Positions 59,931 through 64,000 of a stretch of 64,000 nucleotides of DNA are shown piece after piece. Source of the DNA: Eledone cirrhosa (taxonomy: Eukaryota). Made by a program: the position numbers and the translations under genes. Below the pieces are notes generated by a model that saw only the letters and a list, made by a program, of their open reading frames with translations, made no database searches and was not told the DNA's origin. Position 1 is the first letter of the stretch; every line of letters starts with the position of its first letter. The DNA is taken from the NCBI GenBank assembly GCA_964016885.1, contig OZ024759.1:2170001-2234000 (forward strand), given 5' to 3'.

Positions 59931-62900
59931 GTCTATATCAGTAACATGACAAAGTCGATATTAGTAACATGACAATGTCTATATTAGTAACATGACAAAG
60001 TCTATATTAGTAACATGACAAAGTCTATATTAGTAGCATGACAAAGTCTATATTAGTAACATGACAAGGTCTATATTAGTAACATGACAAAGTCTATATT
60101 AGTAACATGACACAGTCTATATTAGTAACATGACAAAGTCTATATTAGTAGCATGACAAAGTCTATATTAGTAACATGACAAAGTCTATATTAGTAACAT
60201 GACAAAGTCTATATTAGTAACATGACAAAGTCTATATTAGTAACATGACAAAGTCTATATTAGTAACATGACACAGTCTATATTAGTAACATGACAGTCT
60301 ATATTAGTAACATGACAGTCTACATTAGTAACATGACACAGTCTATATTAGTAACATGACACAGTCTATATTAGTAGCATGACAAAGTCTATATTAGTAA
60401 CATGACACAGTCTATATTAGTAGCATGACACAGTCTATATTAGTAACATGACAAAGTCTATATTAGTAACATGACAAAGTCTATATTAGTAACATGACAA
60501 AGTCTATATTAGTAACATGACAAAGTCTATATTAGTAGCATGACAAAGTCTATATTAGTAACATGACAAAGTCTATATTAGTAACATGACAAAGTCTATA
60601 TTAGTAACATGACAAAGTCTATATTAGTAACATGACAAAGTCTATATTAGTAACATGACACAGTCTATATTAGTAACATGACAGTCTATATTAGTAACAT
60701 GACAGTCTACATTAGTAACATGACACAGTCTATATCAGTAACATGACAAAGTCGATATTAGTAACATGACAATGTCTATATTAGTAACATGACAAAGTCT
60801 ATATTAGTAACATGACAAAGTCTATATTAGTAGCATGACAAAGTCTATATTAGTAACATGACAAAGTCTATATTAGTAACATGACAAAGTCTATATTAGT
60901 AACATGACACAGTCTATATTAGTAACATGACAAAGTCTATATTAGTAGCATGACAAAGTCTATATTAGTAACATGACAAAGTCTATATTAGTAACATGAC
61001 AAAGTCTATATTAGTAACATGACAAAGTCTATATTAGTAACATGACAAAGTCTATATTAGTAACATGACACAGTCTATATTAGTAACATGACAGTCTATA
61101 TTAGTAACATGACAGTCTACATTAGTAACATGACACAGTCTATATTAGTAACATGACACAGTCTATATTAGTAGCATGACAAAGTCTATATTAGTAACAT
61201 GACACAGTCTATATTAGTAGCATGACACAGTCTATATTAGTAACATGACAAAGTCTATATTAGTAACATGACAAAGTCTATATTAGTAACATGACAAAGT
61301 CTATATTAGTAACATGACAAAGTCTATATTAGTAGCATGACAAAGTCTATATTAGTAACATGACAAAGTCTATATTAGTAACATGGCAAAGTCTATATTA
61401 GTAACATGACAAAGTCTATATTAGTAACATGACACAGTCTATATTAGTAGCATGACAAAGTCTATATTAGTAACATGACAAAGTCTATATTAGTAGCATG
61501 ACACAGTCTATATTAGTAACATGACAAAGTCTATATTAGTAACATGGCAAAGTCTATATTAGTAACATGACAAAGTCTATATTAGTAACATGACAAAGTC
61601 TATATTAGTAGCATGACAAAGTCTATATTAGTAACATGACAAAGTCTATATTAGTAACATGACAAAGTCTATATTAGTAACATGACAAAGTCTATATTAG
61701 TAACATGACAAAGTCTATATCAGTAACATGACACAGTCTATATTAGTAACATGACAGTCTATATTAGTAACATGACAGTCTACATTAGTAACATGACACA
61801 GTCTATATTAGTAACATGACAAAGTCGATATTAGTAACATGACAATGTCTATATTAGTAACATGACAAAGTCTATATTAGTAACATGACAAAGTCTATAT
61901 TAGTAACATGACAAAGTCTATATTAGTAACATGACAAAGTCTATATTAGTAACATGACAAAGTCTATATTAGTAGCATGACACAGTCTATATTATTAACA
62001 TGACAAAGTCTATATTAGTAGCATGACAAAGTCTGTATTAGTAACATGACAGTCTATATTAGTAACATGACAAAGTCTATATTAGTAACATGACAAAGTC
62101 TATATTAGTAGCATGACAAAGTCTATATTAGTAATATGACAAAGTCTATATTAGTAACATGACAAAGTCTATATTAGTAACATGACACAGTCTATATTAG
62201 TAACATGACAAAGTCTATATTAGTAGCATGACAAAGTCTATATTAGTAACATGACAAAGTCTATATTAGTAACATGACAAAGTCTATATTAGTAACATGA
62301 CAAAGTCTATATTAGTAACATGACAAAGTCTATATTAGTAACATGACAAAGTCTATATTAGTAACATGACACAGTCTATATTAGTAACATGACAGTCTAT
62401 ATTAGTAACATGACAGTCTACATTAGTAACATGACACAGTCTATATCAGTAACATGACAAAGTCGATATTAGTAACATGACAATGTCTATATTAGTAACA
62501 TGACAAAGTCTATATTAGTAACATGACAAAGTCTATATTAGTAGCATGACAAAGTCTATATTAGTAACATGACAAAGTCTATATTAGTAACATGACAAAG
62601 TCTATATTAGTAACATGACACAGTCTATATTAGTAACATGACAAAGTCTATATTAGTAGCATGACAAAGTCTATATTAGTAACATGACAAAGTCTATATT
62701 AGTAACATGACAAAGTCTATATTAGTAACATGACAAAGTCTATATTAGTAACATGACAAAGTCTATATTAGTAACATGACACAGTCTATATTAGTAACAT
62801 GACAGTCTATATTAGTAACATGACAGTCTACATTAGTAACATGACACAGTCTATATTAGTAACATGACACAGTCTATATTAGTAGCATGACAAAGTCTAT

Positions 62901-64000
62901 ATTAGTAACATGACACAGTCTATATTAGTAGCATGACACAGTCTATATTAGTAACATGACAAAGTCTATATTAGTAACATGACAAAGTCTATATTAGTAA
63001 CATGACAAAGTCTATATTAGTAACATGACAAAGTCTATATTAGTAGCATGACAAAGTCTATATTAGTAACATGACAAAGTCTATATTAGTAACATGACAA
63101 AGTCTATATTTGTAACATGACAAAGTCTATATTAGTAACATGACAAAGTCTATATTAGTAACATGACACAGTCTATATTAGTAACATGACAGTCTATATT
63201 AGTAACATGACAGTCTACATTAGTAACATGACACAGTCTATATCAGTAACATGACAAAGTCGATATTAGTAACATGACAATGTCTATATTAGTAACATGA
63301 CAAAGTCTATATTAGTAACATGACAAAGTCTATATTAGTAGCATGACAAAGTCTATATTAGTAACATGACAAAGTCTATATTAGTAACATGACAAAGTCT
63401 ATATTAGTAACATGACACAGTCTATATTAGTAACATGACAAAGTCTATATTAGTAGCATGACAAAGTCTATATTAGTAACATGACAAAGTCTATATTAGT
63501 AACATGACAAAGTCTATATTAGTAACATGACAAATCTATATTAGTAACATGACAAAGTCTATATTAGTAACATGACACAGTCTATATTAGTAACATGACA
63601 GTCTATATTAGTAACATGACAGTCTACATTAGTAACATGACACAGTCTATATTAGTAACATGACACAGTCTATATTAGTAGCATGACAAAGTCTATATTA
63701 GTAACATGACACAGTCTATATTAGTAGCATGACACAGTCTATATTAGTAACATGACAAAGTCTATATTAGTAACATGACAAAGTCTATATTAGTAACATG
63801 ACAAATTCTATATTAGTAACATGACAAAGTCTATATTAGTAGCATGACAAAGTCTATATTAGTAACATGACAAAGTCTATATTAGTAACATGGCAAAGTC
63901 TATATTAGTAACATGACAAAGTCTATATTAGTAACATGACACAGTCTATATTAGTAGCATGACAAAGTCTATATTAGTAACATGACAAAGTCTATATTAG
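59480..64000. repeat. Tandem 2508-bp blocks, each containing an internal 797-bp duplication
   Basis: TATATCAG at 59939, 60736, 62447, 63244 (797 within each pair, 2508 between pairs); TCTGT 59527/62035 also differ by 2508. Confidence 0.85.

Larger units (their letters stand above)
1..64000. repeat. 23-bp tandem satellite/minisatellite array, consensus GTCTATATTAGTAACATGACAAA, about 2,800 head-to-tail copies, open at both window ends
   Basis: Seen directly: GTC starts recur at 1, 24, 47, 70 and so on, and the same monomer continues to base 64000 with no intervening non-repeat DNA and no reverse-complement copies (TTTGTCATGTTACTAATATAGAC) noticed. Most monomers differ from consensus by 0-2 changes. 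Copy number is estimated as length divided by about 22.8. Confidence 0.99.

Noticed and set aside
1-64000. CRISPR array (23-bp partially palindromic repeat)
   Set aside because: Repeats are directly head-to-tail with no unique spacers, no leader and no cas genes.
1-64000. Protein-coding repeat ORF on either strand
   Set aside because: Each plus-strand monomer has TAG and TAA in one frame and TGA in another; the minus strand has TAA and TAG. Because 23 is not a multiple of 3, every frame is closed within a few monomers. The ATG in each monomer opens only a few codons.
1-64000. Telomerase-synthesised long telomeric repeat (some budding yeasts use 23-25 bp units)
   Set aside because: No G-rich strand, the length is far beyond typical yeast telomeres, and variants are inherited in kb-scale blocks, which indicates recombination or duplication rather than templated addition.
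1-64000. Pure technical concatemer (rolling-circle/MDA, adapter or primer multimer)
   Set aside because: Ordered rare variants shared between distant blocks and nested duplications indicate an evolutionary history; random errors on a single template would not give this. Individual duplications could still be misassembled.
1-64000. Variant order as an information-bearing code or recording system
   Set aside because: The order is explained by block duplication and in-register deletion of a small set of variants; there is no associated enzyme gene, polarity or foreign-derived sequence to support a dedicated system.
1-64000. Embedded transposon, inversion or unique island
   Set aside because: Reading through the window I found no departure from the monomer larger than 1-2 base changes and no strand switch.

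Overview
The whole 64,000-bp window is one uninterrupted, single-orientation tandem array (satellite/minisatellite DNA) of a 23-bp AT-rich monomer, consensus GTCTATATTAGTAACATGACAAA (6 G/C of 23), about 2,800 copies by length. I see no unique sequence, spacers, inversions, insertions, ORFs or RNA genes. Variation comes from a limited set of monomer variants (…GACACA, GTAGC, a 21-bp form, a 22-bp form, GTCGAT, GACAAT, TATGTT, CATCAC and rarer ones) whose order is strongly non-random. Using rare variants as landmarks, I read a hierarchy: a 16-monomer 364-bp unit, tandem blocks of about 0.8-2.5 kb, two tandem duplications of about 5.3-5.5 kb, and long-range paralogous blocks 20-25 kb apart. The monomer is a quasi-palindrome. 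The organism, chromosomal location and function cannot be determined from this sequence, and I found no evidence for a novel coding system. All offsets were counted by eye and block boundaries are approximate.
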